The translations under genes and the position numbers were made by a program. The notes under the pieces were generated by a model that worked only from the letters and a program-made list of their open reading frames with translations, ran no database searches and had not been told where the DNA came from. Below, piece after piece: positions 1 through 10,509 of a stretch of 32,000 bases of DNA. This DNA comes from an uncultured bacterium (GTDB lineage: Bacteria > Fidelibacterota > Marinisomatia > Marinisomatales > TCS55). The stretch lies in the NCBI GenBank assembly GCA_964549275.1, contig CAZJUP010000007.1:17633-49632 (forward strand). The letters run 5' to 3'. Position 1 is the stretch's first letter; every line of letters starts with the position of its first letter.

Positions 1-1667
1 TGAAATGATTGGGGTAATGAATCCAAAGGTGGTTGAATAGAGGAATACAAAACGTTGTTTTCCATATCGTGAATTAATGAAAGAGTAGCGATGTTTTCCG
101 GTGCTTCTTCCTTGGATTTAAAGGTAAAGTGTGCTGTTTTATCTATATTTATACTGTTCAAATTCGCCTTTATGCTGGTATAAGTGCCTTTTAAGCTATC
201 GGGAAACAACGCTGTGTTTACGCCATAGGGGGGCTCTCCTTCAAAAACATATCTATCCGAATCCGACAATTTTGTCGAAAAAAGATTTACAGAATAATAT
301 CGGGGTGTTACAAAAACCATAGGGCTAAGTTTTTTCTGAATAAACAGTGTATCACCAACGAATAAAACCATTGAATCCGGAATAACTTTAATTACAGATG
401 TCATCTGGTGACGGTCTCCAATATGGTCTAAGGTGCTTATCAATTTTTCTTCTGTACGAATTTCAAGATTATAAGCAGCTTCTGCTAATCCCAAATTGCT
501 CCGCCGAGGAATCCATTTTATTGCTAAGGTTTTTGGGTCAAAATGCATCCCGCTTGGAGGAGGTTTTCTCCACTGAAATCCATAAAACTCCATAAGGCTG
601 TCGGGAAGAATATGATGATCCAAAGTATCTCCAAGCATTATTGTGTCTTTGGGTAGAGATGTTAATGAGGGTTCTGCCGATGCTGTTAAGAAAGAGGATT
701 CATATAATCCTTCCTCTATTCTAGAAAGAAGACGGTTGTTAATCTGATTGGCGTTGGACTTCTTCGGAAGGGCAAACAATCCTTTTTCATGAAACTTGCT
801 TTTCTCTAATTTGAGATTTTCGCCATCAAACGAAAGAGCAAGGACATCTCCGGTTTCAAAAGGCAATAACAATTCTTCATTTCCGTCCCGATCTCCATCA
901 TACGCTTGAATGGCTGGACCCAAAAGCCCTCTTGCCCCGTTTGCCACCAAGACATCCGATGTTACTTCCTTCAGATCTCGCTCGATAGAGAATAGTGCCG
1001 TTTTTATTATATTGCCTTCGGGGCTTAATACAGTTAGAAAAGAACGACCATTAACACGAAACACTCCCGTATATACAGGGCCATAACCATTGGTAATGAT
1101 TGATGTGTTTGCTGAGAAGGAGTTAATAAGATTAATCTCGCTATTTGAAATATCTAATGTGGTTAAAACCACCTTGCGAGATGGACTGGACAAAGAAACA
1201 GCGATCTGCCCCAATCCTTCTGTCGGGGTTAAATTCAATGGACGATATCGGTCTGTTGTGCCGGGCATATTGTTTAACATTTTTGGGCTTGTGGCAAAAG
1301 TCCGCCCTTCCCAGGGAAAGACTAAAAGCCACGGTTGGGAAGCTTTGCCGTCATCTGCAATCGTGATAACCCCGGCTAATAACTCCGGGATCTCATCTCT
1401 GTCCAAATCAGATATTTTCACATCTGTAATGAATTGGTTTTTTGATGGAGTATATTCCCATATCAAAACATGATTACCCACCGAGTCCAATTCTATAAAC
1501 CGAATAGAACCGCTTTCTCCTCCGAAAATCAGGACTTCACTCTGAGTGTTTTCATTAAAATCATAGGTTCCGTCGACGGTAAGATAAGAGCCAGAAAAAG
1601 AGACGGATGCCCCCCAAAGCCACAGCAATAAAGTGCGCTTATAGGTGATACGCAGAAATGGACTCAT
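1..1667 (-). CDS. Secreted repeat protein with FG-GAP/VCBS-like Ca-binding motifs; the 3' end runs off the left edge of the window
   Basis: Absent from the ORF track because it has no in-window stop. Reading the reverse strand, ATG at 1667-1665 gives MSPFLRITYKRTLLLWLWGASVSFSGSY..., which looks like a signal peptide. I checked the frame by hand over bases 3-300, about 840-960 and about 1290-1667 and found no stops. It contains the DxDxDG-type motifs 'ISDLDRDEIPELLAG' and 'YDGDRDGNEELLLPF'. The short + strand ORFs here are antisense shadows. Confidence 0.6.
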   Translation of the reverse strand, partial: MSPFLRITYKRTLLLWLWGASVSFSGSYLTVDGTYDFNENTQSEVLIFGGESGSIRFIELDSVGNHVLIWEYTPSKNQFITDVKISDLDRDEIPELLAGVITIADDGKASQPWLLVFPWEGRTFATSPKMLNNMPGTTDRYRPLNLTPTEGLGQIAVSLSSPSRKVVLTTLDISNSEINLINSFSANTSIITNGYGPVYTGVFRVNGRSFLTVLSPEGNIIKTALFSIERDLKEVTSDVLVANGARGLLGPAIQAYDGDRDGNEELLLPFETGDVLALSFDGENLKLEKSKFHEKGLFALPKKSNANQINNRLLSRIEEGLYESSFLTASAEPSLTSLPKDTIMLGDTLDHHILPDSLMEFYGFQWRKPPPSGMHFDPKTLAIKWIPRRSNLGLAEAAYNLEIRTEEKLISTLDHIGDRHQMTSVIKVIPDSMVLFVGDTLFIQKKLSPMVFVTPRYYSVNLFSTKLSDSDRYVFEGEPPYGVNTALFPDSLKGTYTSIKANLNSINIDKTAHFTFKSKEEAPENIATLSLIHDMENNVLYSSIQPPLDSLPQSF

Positions 1668-1931
1668 CAAGATCGAACCGAAAATCAAAATAAATTTTGC
1701 TGAAAATACACGTGTTTAATACGAATACCCTTACCTCAAGAATGCAATGAATATAGGTGTTCACCGTCGAATAATTCAAGCAAAAGCCCGTAAATTCACA
1801 GCATAAATAGTCATGTTAAAAATTAAAAACCTATTTGGCGAAATCTTTCTATATAAATGCTTTCTAATTTCAAGATATAAGGAATAAATTGGAGGGTCTT
1901 TGTCATTTGTCACACAGAAAAATCTTACTTC

Positions 1932-2819
1932 ATGAAACGCATATTTATTACCCTCTTTTTACCGGTAGTGGTTTTAGCTCAAAGCGATTTGTATCCAATT
2001 GAAGATACATATGGCGGCGGAATTGGCTACAGCACCATGTATATGATTTTGGATTCCGTTCCGGGAGAGTCTATTTTAAACGACTTGGGCTTGCCAATGG
2101 ATAATTTACAATCAAAACCTTTTGTGCTCCACGGAGGTGAGGGATTTGCCCAAATGGCCGGGCCTTGGAGGTTGGGAGGATATGCTGGTATCGGCGGTGC
2201 TCAATCCAGCAATGTTTACAATGTCTCATTATATGTCAATCGAGATGATACTGTCGGCTATCATCCTGAGGAAGATACACTGTTTAATTATGCAGATGAT
2301 TTATCCATCGAAGCTAAGGTCAGTTTTTTGCTGGGAGCTGTCACAGCTGAATATGTGGTTCCTGTAACAAGAGATTTAGAGGTCACTGCCGGTGCGCTTA
2401 TGGGATTTGGACGGTATAATTTATCTATAGACCAGCACATCGGGACACCAAGTTGGGAACAGTTTTCTCAGCACATGTATGGGTACATCGATGAAGACAA
2501 TGATTTGTTTTATATGGTTGACACCACAGGGAGAAACGCAGAAGACGCCGCCAATTTTGCCAGAGAGAATCACCTTCGACCAGTAAACGTAACCGGCACC
2601 ATGACAGATTTGAGTGGTACCTTTTTTAATTTTCAACCTTACGTTGCGGTTAAGTGGCAATTTCTTGACAGAATGGGACTTCGATTGAGTACAGGGTTTA
2701 ACAAGGGAACGATTGGTGCCGGTCGCTGGAAGCTCAATGGACATTTCCCTATCAGTGATTCTCCAAAATCTGCTCTCCAGGGAATTACCCTTCGTGCCAT
2801 GGTTTATTTCGGGCTTTAA
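1932..2819 (+). CDS. Hypothetical secreted / possible outer-membrane beta-rich protein
   Basis: 295 aa ORF with an N-terminal signal peptide (MKRIFITLFLPVVVLAQS). The composition is Gly/Tyr/Thr-rich with alternating patterns, and the C-terminus is aromatic (...RAMVYFGL). No family recognised. Confidence 0.55.
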   Translation: MKRIFITLFLPVVVLAQSDLYPIEDTYGGGIGYSTMYMILDSVPGESILNDLGLPMDNLQSKPFVLHGGEGFAQMAGPWRLGGYAGIGGAQSSNVYNVSLYVNRDDTVGYHPEEDTLFNYADDLSIEAKVSFLLGAVTAEYVVPVTRDLEVTAGALMGFGRYNLSIDQHIGTPSWEQFSQHMYGYIDEDNDLFYMVDTTGRNAEDAANFARENHLRPVNVTGTMTDLSGTFFNFQPYVAVKWQFLDRMGLRLSTGFNKGTIGAGRWKLNGHFPISDSPKSALQGITLRAMVYFGL

Positions 2820-2844
2820 CCAGTTTAACATCTAGCTTAAACTC

Positions 2845-4455
2845 ATGAAAAAACACCCCCGGCTCACAATATACTCCTGGCTGGCTGGAGTGACTATAGT
2901 GGTATTGGTGATGATTCCACTTTCACAGCAGGTATACTCTAATCAGAAAAATCCTTATGCTGCTATCAAAAATAAATTTGAGGTCATGAACCAAATCCTC
3001 TATTATATCAACCAGCTGTATTATGAAGATGTGGACATGGACGCTTTAATGGAGGGAGCATTCCACGGCATCATGGATGAACTCGATCCCCACTCAAGTT
3101 TTATTCCAGCAAAGGACCAGGAAAATATCGATGAACTCTTCAGCGGTCACTTTCAAGGAATTGGAATTGAGTTTGATATCTTAAATCAATTTATCACAGT
3201 GATTGCCCCTGTTGCCGGTGGCCCTTCGGAACGGGTTGGACTTTTACCTGGAGACCAAATCATTGAGATTGATGGCCAAAACGCAAAGGGAATAACACGC
3301 GATGAGGTGTTCAAGTCATTACGAGGCCCAAAAGGTACTCGCGTAGATTTAAAAATTAAACGATTGGGGATTGAACCCTTTAAGGTTACCATCATCAGAG
3401 ACGACATTCCCATTTATAGTGTACGAGCCAGTATAATGCTAGACGATAAAACCGGCTATATTTGGTTAACACGATTTTCATCTAAATCCGGCAGTGAGAT
3501 TTATAAAGCAGTTGAAAATCTTAACAATCAGGGGATGACACAACTGGTGTTGGATTTAAGAAACAATAGCGGTGGTATTTTAGAACAAGCGGCAGATGTA
3601 ACAAACCTGTTCATAGCAAGGAAAGATACCCTTGTTTATACCAAGGGAAAAAATAAGGAAGCAGAACAGGTTTTTATTGCGAATCCCACACGGGGAAATG
3701 AAGATTTTGCCATCATAATTTTAATTAACCGAGGATCTGCCAGCGCCAGCGAAATCGTTGCTGGAGCCGTCCAGGATTTAGACCGCGGATTGATTGTGGG
3801 AGAAACCAGTTTTGGGAAAGGCTTGGTTCAAAGGCAGGCAACCTTGAAAGATGGTTCAGCTATTCGCGTTACCATCGCTCAATATTATACTCCAAGCGGT
3901 CGATTGATTCAGCGCCCCTTTAAAAACGGAGATTATGAAGACTATTACCAAGGGCTTCACGATGAAGACCGAGAATCAAAAATTGATTCATCAGAGAAAA
4001 TTCGGCCCAAATATAAAACCCGATCAGGAAGAACCGTGTTCGGTGGCGGTGGAATTACACCCGATATTCATATTCCCTGGGATATGATTTTGAACCCGGA
4101 AACAAGAAAATTATTGGCAACCCCCTCGAGACCTCTTTTTAATTGGAGTGCAAATTATGTCCGAAACCATCCTGAAATTTCAGACAACTATCGCGAATTT
4201 CAAATGAACTGGAATTTAAGCAGTTCAGATTATGACAATTTTTTAAACTATATTTCTGATGAAAAAATAGAAATTGATACTTCGTTGATTACCAAAAACA
4301 AAGCATACCTTACTATTATGCTTAAATCTGAAATTGCTGGTGCAAAATGGGGTATTGATGAACTTTTTGGGGTCCGGGTAAAGGCAGATTCTCAAATAGA
4401 AAATTCTTTAAAATATTTTGAAGAAGCCCGTGCATTCCTTAATGAAAAAAATTAA
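2845..4455 (+). CDS. ctpA: Carboxyl-terminal processing protease, peptidase family S41 (Ctp/Prc-like) with PDZ domain
   Basis: 536 aa with an N-terminal TM/signal segment. PDZ-like 'GLLPGDQIIEIDG', S41 signatures 'LDLRNNSGG' and 'RGSASASEIVAGAVQD' (catalytic Ser region), and 'SFGKGLVQ' (catalytic Lys region). Confidence 0.9.
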   Translation: MKKHPRLTIYSWLAGVTIVVLVMIPLSQQVYSNQKNPYAAIKNKFEVMNQILYYINQLYYEDVDMDALMEGAFHGIMDELDPHSSFIPAKDQENIDELFSGHFQGIGIEFDILNQFITVIAPVAGGPSERVGLLPGDQIIEIDGQNAKGITRDEVFKSLRGPKGTRVDLKIKRLGIEPFKVTIIRDDIPIYSVRASIMLDDKTGYIWLTRFSSKSGSEIYKAVENLNNQGMTQLVLDLRNNSGGILEQAADVTNLFIARKDTLVYTKGKNKEAEQVFIANPTRGNEDFAIIILINRGSASASEIVAGAVQDLDRGLIVGETSFGKGLVQRQATLKDGSAIRVTIAQYYTPSGRLIQRPFKNGDYEDYYQGLHDEDRESKIDSSEKIRPKYKTRSGRTVFGGGGITPDIHIPWDMILNPETRKLLATPSRPLFNWSANYVRNHPEISDNYREFQMNWNLSSSDYDNFLNYISDEKIEIDTSLITKNKAYLTIMLKSEIAGAKWGIDELFGVRVKADSQIENSLKYFEEARAFLNEKN

Positions 4456-4536
4456 ATTACCCGGCCTTATTTATGGACATTCCTTTGAGGTAAGGGATAT
4501 TTTTAAAATTCAAATCATAATAAACGGAGGACAATA

Positions 4537-5160
4537 ATGGTTCAATATTTTATAGATGGTGGTCCCTTTATGTGGCCAATATTAATTTCGCTGATCTTTG
4601 GTTTAGCTTTCGTGTTTGAACGATTTTACTCTCTCATCATGTCATCAATTAACTCCCAGAAGTTTTATGAAGACATTTCCGGGACTTTGGACAAAAACGG
4701 TGTTGATGCTGCAGTAACTTTATGCAATGAAACCCGCGGTCCGGTTGCAGAAATTTTTCACGCAGGGCTTTCAAGAACACACCGAGGACTAGACGAAGTG
4801 GAAAAAGCGGTGCAAAATGCAGGTTCCCTTGAAATGTCTTTTCTTGAAAAAAACATGATTTGGCTCAACACCGTCATTACTGTTGCACCCATGATTGGAT
4901 TCACGGGTACTGTTGTGGGAATGATTGCGGCATTTGATGCCATTAAAGCTGCGAATGATATTTCTCCTGCTGTTGTGGCCGGAGGGATTTCCCAGGCACT
5001 GCTTACTACCGCATTTGGTTTAATTACAGCAATGATTGTTCAAATCTTTCAGAACTTTTTCGTCTCAAGAATTGACAGGTTGGTCTTAGACATGGAAGAA
5101 AACTCCGTTAAATTGTTGGACCAGCTATACGAAATTGATTCTAAAAAGAACAAGAAATAA
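4537..5160 (+). CDS. exbB: MotA/TolQ/ExbB-family proton channel (ExbB-like)
   Basis: 207 aa with three TM segments and the conserved C-terminal half 'GFTGTVVGMIAAF...GISQALLTTAFGLITAMIV'. GGAGG lies 8 nt upstream of the ATG. It is followed by two ExbD genes and tonB. Confidence 0.85.
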   Translation: MVQYFIDGGPFMWPILISLIFGLAFVFERFYSLIMSSINSQKFYEDISGTLDKNGVDAAVTLCNETRGPVAEIFHAGLSRTHRGLDEVEKAVQNAGSLEMSFLEKNMIWLNTVITVAPMIGFTGTVVGMIAAFDAIKAANDISPAVVAGGISQALLTTAFGLITAMIVQIFQNFFVSRIDRLVLDMEENSVKLLDQLYEIDSKKNKK

Positions 5161-5167
5161 TTAAACC

Positions 5168-5563
5168 ATGACCGGAAAACGCAGATTTAAAGGGGGAGAG
5201 ATCCCCACCGCATCCATGGCGGATATTGCTTTTCTGCTGCTTATTTTCTTTCTTGTGACAACCACTATTGATATGGATAAGGGGTTGGGTATTGTTTTGC
5301 CGGCAGAGGGACAAGAAATTGAAATTAGCAAAAAGAATATTGTAAACTGCCTGATTAATTCCACTGGGAAGGTATTGCTTGGGGGTGAACCTGTTGAGGT
5401 CCGAAATCTTAATAAGGTTATCCGCCAAAAATTAGCTGAAAATGATAAAATGGTTATCTCCGTTAAGGCCCACGAAAAAACGCCCTACAAAGATTATATT
5501 CTTGTCATTGATCAACTAAAAATGGCTAACGCAACCCGAATTTCCATTGCGGAGACCGGATAA
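5168..5563 (+). CDS. exbD: Biopolymer transport protein ExbD/TolR
   Basis: 131 aa with the typical ExbD N-terminus 'IPTASMADIAFLLLIFFLVTT', including the conserved Asp in the TM helix. Confidence 0.85.
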   Translation: MTGKRRFKGGEIPTASMADIAFLLLIFFLVTTTIDMDKGLGIVLPAEGQEIEISKKNIVNCLINSTGKVLLGGEPVEVRNLNKVIRQKLAENDKMVISVKAHEKTPYKDYILVIDQLKMANATRISIAETG

Positions 5564-5975
5564 TATGAAAATAAAGAAAAAAACCGAAATAAGCAGTGAC
5601 ATTCCAACAGCATCTATGCCGGACATTATTTTTATGCTACTTATTTTCTTCATGGTGACAACTGTTCTTCGTGAATTTTCCGGGCTTCCCATAGATTTAC
5701 CAAAAGCAAAGCGAATTGAAAAACTTAAATCAAAGCGCCACACTTCTCACATATGGGTTTCAAAAGACGGTCTTATCTCTATCGAAGATAAGCTCTATGA
5801 GGCAGAAGCCATTAAACACATCATGTATGATAAACGTGTTGAAGATCCCCAAATAGTTATTTCTCTCAAAGCAGATGAACGAGCAAGAATGGGACTCATT
5901 TCAGAAGTACATTCGCAATTAAGAAAAGCGGATGCCCTGAAATTAAACTACTCATCGAAAACAGCTGTAGATTAA
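5547..5975 (+). CDS. exbD: Biopolymer transport protein ExbD/TolR (second paralogue)
   Basis: 142 aa with 'IPTASMPDIIFMLLIFFMVTT'. It overlaps the preceding exbD by 17 nt. Confidence 0.85.
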   Translation: MRRPDNMKIKKKTEISSDIPTASMPDIIFMLLIFFMVTTVLREFSGLPIDLPKAKRIEKLKSKRHTSHIWVSKDGLISIEDKLYEAEAIKHIMYDKRVEDPQIVISLKADERARMGLISEVHSQLRKADALKLNYSSKTAVD

Positions 5976-5984
5976 GGCAATTTT

Positions 5985-6608
5985 ATGAGATCTGAAAAAT
6001 CAGCTTCACTTAAATATTTATACCCGCTCGTGGTGCGTGCAACCGGATTGCTCGGTATTGTATTGCTTATAACAGCATTTTTGCTTTTTCCCCGGTTCGT
6101 TGCCAAAATGGAGCTGGAAGAAGAGGTGCAAATCGTTATTGAACAAATTGATATTCCACAAACGCAACAATTTGATCGCCCGCCACCCCCCTCAAGACCT
6201 TCTGTCCCCGTTGAATCTGAAAGCGAAGATATTGCAGACGATGTAACTCTGGATGAATTTTCGTTGGATGAGTTTGAATCCTGGGATGCTCCACCGCCAC
6301 CCCCAGAAGGACCCCGGGTAAAATTTATTCCCTATGATGACCCGCCACAACCTCTGAGCCCCATAAGACCGAAATATCCTGAAATTGCTCAAGAGGCTGG
6401 TATTGAAGGAACTGTTGTTGTCCAAGTTTTTGTTGATGATAAGGGGCGCGTTAAAGAAACATCTGTTTTAAAAGGGATTCCGAACACTGGATTGGACGAG
6501 GCGGCGGTTGATGCTATTCGTTCTGTTCGGTTTAAACCAGCAAAACAGCGAGAGCGACCTGTTGGAGTTTGGATATCAATTCCTGTAAACTTCAGATTAA
6601 AAAGTTGA
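5985..6608 (+). CDS. tonB: Energy transducer TonB (Pro-rich spacer plus TonB_C domain)
   Basis: 207 aa with an N-terminal TM anchor, proline-rich stretches (RPPPPSRPSVP, APPPPPEGP) and a C-terminal TonB_C-like 'YPEIAQEAGIEGTVVVQVFVDDKGRV...RFKPA'. Confidence 0.85.
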   Translation: MRSEKSASLKYLYPLVVRATGLLGIVLLITAFLLFPRFVAKMELEEEVQIVIEQIDIPQTQQFDRPPPPSRPSVPVESESEDIADDVTLDEFSLDEFESWDAPPPPPEGPRVKFIPYDDPPQPLSPIRPKYPEIAQEAGIEGTVVVQVFVDDKGRVKETSVLKGIPNTGLDEAAVDAIRSVRFKPAKQRERPVGVWISIPVNFRLKS

Positions 6609-6632
6609 TTTTATAGAAAAAATTATTCAAAT

Positions 6633-6667
6633 AAAAACCCCCGTGTTGGCTCGGGGGTTTTTATTTT
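6633..6667. terminator. Bidirectional rho-independent terminator between convergent tonB and sdhB
   Basis: Perfect inverted repeat aaaaacccccg (6633-6643) / cgggggttttt (6652-6662) around an 8-nt loop. A-runs and T-runs flank both sides. Confidence 0.8.
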
Positions 6668-7410
6668 TAGTTTGAAAAACTAGCCCTTAAATATTCCCGA
6701 TTCATTCTTGCAATGTGAACAAGTGATATTTCTTTTGGACATTCAACTTCACACGCACCAGTATTTGTACAGTTTCCAAATCCTTCTTCATCCATGACTG
6801 CCACCATATTTTTCACCCTGTCTGTTGCTTCAACTTGTCCTTGGGGAAGAAGGGAAAACTGAGATACTTTGGCCGAAACAAACAGCATCGCTGATGAGTT
6901 TTTACAGGTTGCAACGCAGGCACCGCATCCAATACAAGCCGCGGCATCCATGGCTTCTTCAGCAGCTATTTTCTGAATTGGGGTTGCATTAGCATCAGGC
7001 GTACCTCCCGTTTTTACTGAGATATATCCACCAGATTCCATGATCCGATCAAAAGCCGTTCTATCCACAATTAAATCTTTAATTACCTGAAATGATTTTG
7101 CGCGCCATGGTTCAACAACAAGCGTTTCTCCGTCTTTAAAACTTCTCATGTGTAGCTGACAGGTTGTTATTCCAGTTAATGGCCCATGAGCACGCCCATT
7201 AATAAAAACACCGCAGGTTCCACAAATACCTTCCCGACAATCATGATCAAACGCAATGGGTTCATCTCCAGACTTTACCAGATCGTCATTAAGCTTATCC
7301 AACATTTCAAAAAAGGACATATCTTCCGATATTTCATGGACAGGATAGCTGATAAAACCACCTTTGGAGTGGGAGTTTTCCTGACGCCAAACTTTTAGAA
7401 TTACCCGCAT
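6667..7410 (-). CDS. sdhB: Succinate dehydrogenase/fumarate reductase iron-sulfur subunit
   Basis: 247 aa with three Cys clusters: '[10 protein letters not shown]' (2Fe-2S), '[11 protein letters not shown]' (4Fe-4S) and '[12 protein letters not shown]' (3Fe-4S). Confidence 0.93.
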   Translation of the reverse strand: MRVILKVWRQENSHSKGGFISYPVHEISEDMSFFEMLDKLNDDLVKSGDEPIAFDHDCREGICGTCGVFINGRAHGPLTGITTCQLHMRSFKDGETLVVEPWRAKSFQVIKDLIVDRTAFDRIMESGGYISVKTGGTPDANATPIQKIAAEEAMDAAACIGCGACVATCKNSSAMLFVSAKVSQFSLLPQGQVEATDRVKNMVAVMDEEGFGNCTNTGACEVECPKEISLVHIARMNREYLRASFSN

Positions 7411-9323
7411 TATTTGTAACTCCTCGTGGTTAATTCCACGTCTTCAAACACCAGCTCTTCCTTATGCAATTCTGCAGGGGTTTTTTCTCCTTTATATTCC
7501 CATGCTGATACATAAGCAAATTTTTCATCATCACGCTTTGCTTCATTATCTTCAGTTTGATGTTCCTCTCTGAAATGACCACCGCAGGACTCCTCTCTAT
7601 CTAAGGCGTCCTGTGCCATTAACTCTCCTAATTCTATAAAATCTGCGAGACGTCCCGCCTTTTCTAACTCTGGGTTTAACTCATTTGCTTTCCCCGGAAC
7701 TTGAACATTAGCCCAAAACTCTTCTTTTAGTTTTGGTATTTCTTCCATGGCCTTTGTTAACCCTTCTTTGTTTCTAGCCATTCCGACATTTTCCCACATA
7801 ATGAGACCCAATTCTTTGTGGATATCATCAACCGTCCGTTTTCCATTAACAGACAACAGTGTATCGAGGCGCTCTTCGATAGCTTGCTGCGCAGAAGTAA
7901 ACGCCTCATCATTTTCGTTTACCTTTTCTCCAAGCTTCCCAGAAAGATAATCTCCAATGGTATAAGGTATAACAAAATATCCATCAGCCAATCCCTGCAT
8001 AAGGGCAGAAGCACCTAGCCGGTTAGCGCCATGGTCAGAAAAATTTGCCTCTCCAAGCACATAGAGCCCAGGGACGTTGCTCATAAGATTGTAATCAACC
8101 CAAAGCCCTCCCATAGTATAATGAACTGCCGGATATATACGCATGGGAACCTGATAAGGATTTTCTCCTGTTATTTGCTCATACATGTCAAACAGGTTTC
8201 CATACTTCTGAGCGACAACATCTTTTCCCATTCTTTTTATAGCATCTTCAAAATCAAGATAAACTGCAAGTTTGGTTGGCCCTACACCATGGCCTAAGTC
8301 ACACATTTCTTTTGCCCGTCGGCTTGCAACATCTCTAGGGACTAAATTCCCAAAGGACGGATACATCCTTTCAAGGTAATAATCCCTTTCTTCCTCTGGA
8401 ATATCTCCCGGATGGCGACTGTCTTCTTTTTTCTTAGGAACCCAGACGCGACCATCGTTTCGAAGACTTTCACTCATTAAAGTGAGTTTCGATTGATGAC
8501 TGCTTGCCACAGGGATGCATGTAGGATGAATTTGAGTATAACATGGGTTTGCAAAAAGAGCTCCCTTTTTGTGAGCCCTCCAGGCTGCAGTGGCGTTGGA
8601 GGCCATTGCATTCGTAGATAAAAAGAAAACATTTCCATAGCCCCCTGTTGCTAACACCACTGCATTTGCAGCATGGGCGCTAATTTCACCCGTTACCAAA
8701 TTTCGGGTAATAATCCCTTTGGCCTCGCCCTCAACCATAACCAAATCTAACATTTCTGTTCGAGGATGAAATTTTACTTTACCGGTATGCATTTGTCTGA
8801 TGAGCGCAGAGTAAGCTCCTAATAATAACTGTTGTCCGGTTTGACCCCTAGCATAAAAAGTCCTGGATACCTGCGCACCCCCAAAAGACCGATTGTCCAG
8901 AAGGCCTCCATACTCCCGCGCAAAAGGGATTCCTTGGGCCACACACTGGTCGATAATATTGTTACTAACCTCTGCCAGCCGATAGACATTAGCTTCTCTT
9001 GCTCGGTAATCTCCTCCCTTTATAGTATCATAAAAAAGACGAAATATGCTGTCACCGTCATTGGGATAGTTTTTGGCAGCATTAATTCCGCCCTGGGCAG
9101 CAATGCTATGAGCCCTTCTCGGAGATTCATGATAAGAAAATGCCTGTACATTATATCCCAGTTCTCCAAATGATGCTGCCGCAGAAGCCCCTGCCAAGCC
9201 AGTCCCCACAACAATAATATCATACTTACGCTTATTTGCCGGATTAACTAATTTTAAATCAAATTTATGATTTGTCCATTTTTCAGCCAGTGATCCCGAT
9301 GGAACTTTTGAATCAAAAATCAT
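7410..9323 (-). CDS. sdhA: Succinate dehydrogenase/fumarate reductase flavoprotein subunit
   Basis: 637 aa with FAD dinucleotide fold '[15 protein letters not shown]' and the covalent-FAD His motif '[13 protein letters not shown]'. It sits between the cytochrome b and Fe-S subunits and shares 1 nt with sdhB. Confidence 0.95.
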   Translation of the reverse strand: MIFDSKVPSGSLAEKWTNHKFDLKLVNPANKRKYDIIVVGTGLAGASAAASFGELGYNVQAFSYHESPRRAHSIAAQGGINAAKNYPNDGDSIFRLFYDTIKGGDYRAREANVYRLAEVSNNIIDQCVAQGIPFAREYGGLLDNRSFGGAQVSRTFYARGQTGQQLLLGAYSALIRQMHTGKVKFHPRTEMLDLVMVEGEAKGIITRNLVTGEISAHAANAVVLATGGYGNVFFLSTNAMASNATAAWRAHKKGALFANPCYTQIHPTCIPVASSHQSKLTLMSESLRNDGRVWVPKKKEDSRHPGDIPEEERDYYLERMYPSFGNLVPRDVASRRAKEMCDLGHGVGPTKLAVYLDFEDAIKRMGKDVVAQKYGNLFDMYEQITGENPYQVPMRIYPAVHYTMGGLWVDYNLMSNVPGLYVLGEANFSDHGANRLGASALMQGLADGYFVIPYTIGDYLSGKLGEKVNENDEAFTSAQQAIEERLDTLLSVNGKRTVDDIHKELGLIMWENVGMARNKEGLTKAMEEIPKLKEEFWANVQVPGKANELNPELEKAGRLADFIELGELMAQDALDREESCGGHFREEHQTEDNEAKRDDEKFAYVSAWEYKGEKTPAELHKEELVFEDVELTTRSYK

Positions 9324-9324
9324 T

Positions 9325-9996
9325 TCAAATCCCTCCCTTCATCAGACCAAAATAAATCGTGATAAAAAAGAACCCTAAAGGAATGAAAAACCAAAACAGA
9401 ACTCCAACCCATTCAATGAGTTTGCTGTATTTGTTATACCGAATACCAAAGGTTTGAAATGCAGATTGAAACCCATGCCTTAGATGAAAAGCCAACAGGA
9501 TCATAGCGATGGCATAAAGGAGAGTAATTAATGGATTCCCAAACCCAATGGACGTATTAGCTGTAACAATTTGGAAATAGGCATCATGGTCATGGATAAC
9601 CTGAAATTGATACCAAAATGTGGAAAGGTGAGTCACAAGAAAAATGAAAATAACACTGCCTGTAACAAACATATATCTGGAAAAAAAAGAGCTGTTTTCA
9701 TTCACTTCATTTTCACTATATGGAACAGATCCGGCTCTTTTGTTTTCAATTGTAAGACGAATTCCGTTAACAATATGAATAAAAAACAGGAGCGCAAGGC
9801 CAGCTTCCATAACTCGAATAAGTGGCTTTACAGCCTCTAAACTTATCACAATCTGGTTAAACACATCTGGACCTGCAAAAAGAGCCAAATTGTTTATTAA
9901 ATGAAATAACAGGAAAAGACACAATAATAACCCCGTTGTGGCCATAAAGATTTTTTTCCCGATAGAGGAATTTAAAAAAGTGGTGAACCAACGCAT
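9325..9996 (-). CDS. sdhC: Succinate dehydrogenase/fumarate reductase cytochrome b subunit (single large membrane anchor, type-B-like)
   Basis: 223 aa polytopic membrane protein with about 5 TM segments and conserved His residues in the TM helices. It lies directly upstream of sdhA in C-A-B order. Confidence 0.8.
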   Translation of the reverse strand: MRWFTTFLNSSIGKKIFMATTGLLLCLFLLFHLINNLALFAGPDVFNQIVISLEAVKPLIRVMEAGLALLFFIHIVNGIRLTIENKRAGSVPYSENEVNENSSFFSRYMFVTGSVIFIFLVTHLSTFWYQFQVIHDHDAYFQIVTANTSIGFGNPLITLLYAIAMILLAFHLRHGFQSAFQTFGIRYNKYSKLIEWVGVLFWFFIPLGFFFITIYFGLMKGGI

Positions 9997-10095
9997 ATTT
10001 ACCTCGTTCGCAACAATAAGTGAAGGTCAAAATTATAAAGGATGGCTGAGAGTTAAAACGACATTATGCGGATAAAGTTCTCTTTTTTTTATTAT

Positions 10096-10509
10096 CTAAA
10101 TTCGGTTTGCTAATTTCGCTCCCAAATGGCTACCATAAAATAAAGTTATTACTGCCATAACCCCAAGAAACAGATAGGTCCATTTTTTATCTGATCTTTT
10201 CGGAAGGCTCCCCTTTTTTGACCTCCAAATAAAGAGAAGTGTAAAAATTACTATTGAGAACACCTGTATCCACCCATGGTTGTTCCAAATGGGTAAAACA
10301 GACCCAAAGTGTCCAATTTGGGTGTCTGCCAAAATTCCGGTTGCAATTCCCCCAGCTGCAGATAGTAACCCTGTTAGCATAGTCCAACGTCCTGCAATTT
10401 CTAAATCCTGTTTGTCCGTGATAAAATAAATACAATCAAATAATATGGCTGTTGACAGAAGTGCGATAGGAAAATGAATAAATAGGGGATGAAATTCGGA
10501 AAAAGGCAT
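10096..10509 (-). CDS. DUF2231-like integral membrane protein
   Basis: 137 aa with 4 predicted TM segments. The N-terminal 'FHPLFIHFPIALL' resembles the DUF2231 signature. Function unknown. Confidence 0.6.
   Translation of the reverse strand: MPFSEFHPLFIHFPIALLSTAILFDCIYFITDKQDLEIAGRWTMLTGLLSAAGGIATGILADTQIGHFGSVLPIWNNHGWIQVFSIVIFTLLFIWRSKKGSLPKRSDKKWTYLFLGVMAVITLFYGSHLGAKLANRI

Noticed and set aside
131-1473. Short + strand ORFs (131-322, 398-595, 1090-1473, 1145-1366) and the - strand ORF 1141-1332
   Set aside because: They lie inside, and mostly antisense to, the long open reverse-strand frame 1-1667. They have no recognisable motifs and are treated as shadow ORFs.
4537-6608. ExbB-ExbD-ExbD-TonB cluster as something unusual or as a Tol-Pal locus
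   Set aside because: Duplicate exbD genes followed by a Pro-rich TonB_C protein are a common arrangement. No tolB or pal follows. This is an ordinary TonB energising system.
7747-9223. Multiple 60-113 aa ORFs inside sdhA, on the opposite strand or out of frame
   Set aside because: They are fully contained in a confidently identified 637-aa flavoprotein gene. Their low-complexity, Ile/Ser/Phe-rich translations are typical of antisense frames.
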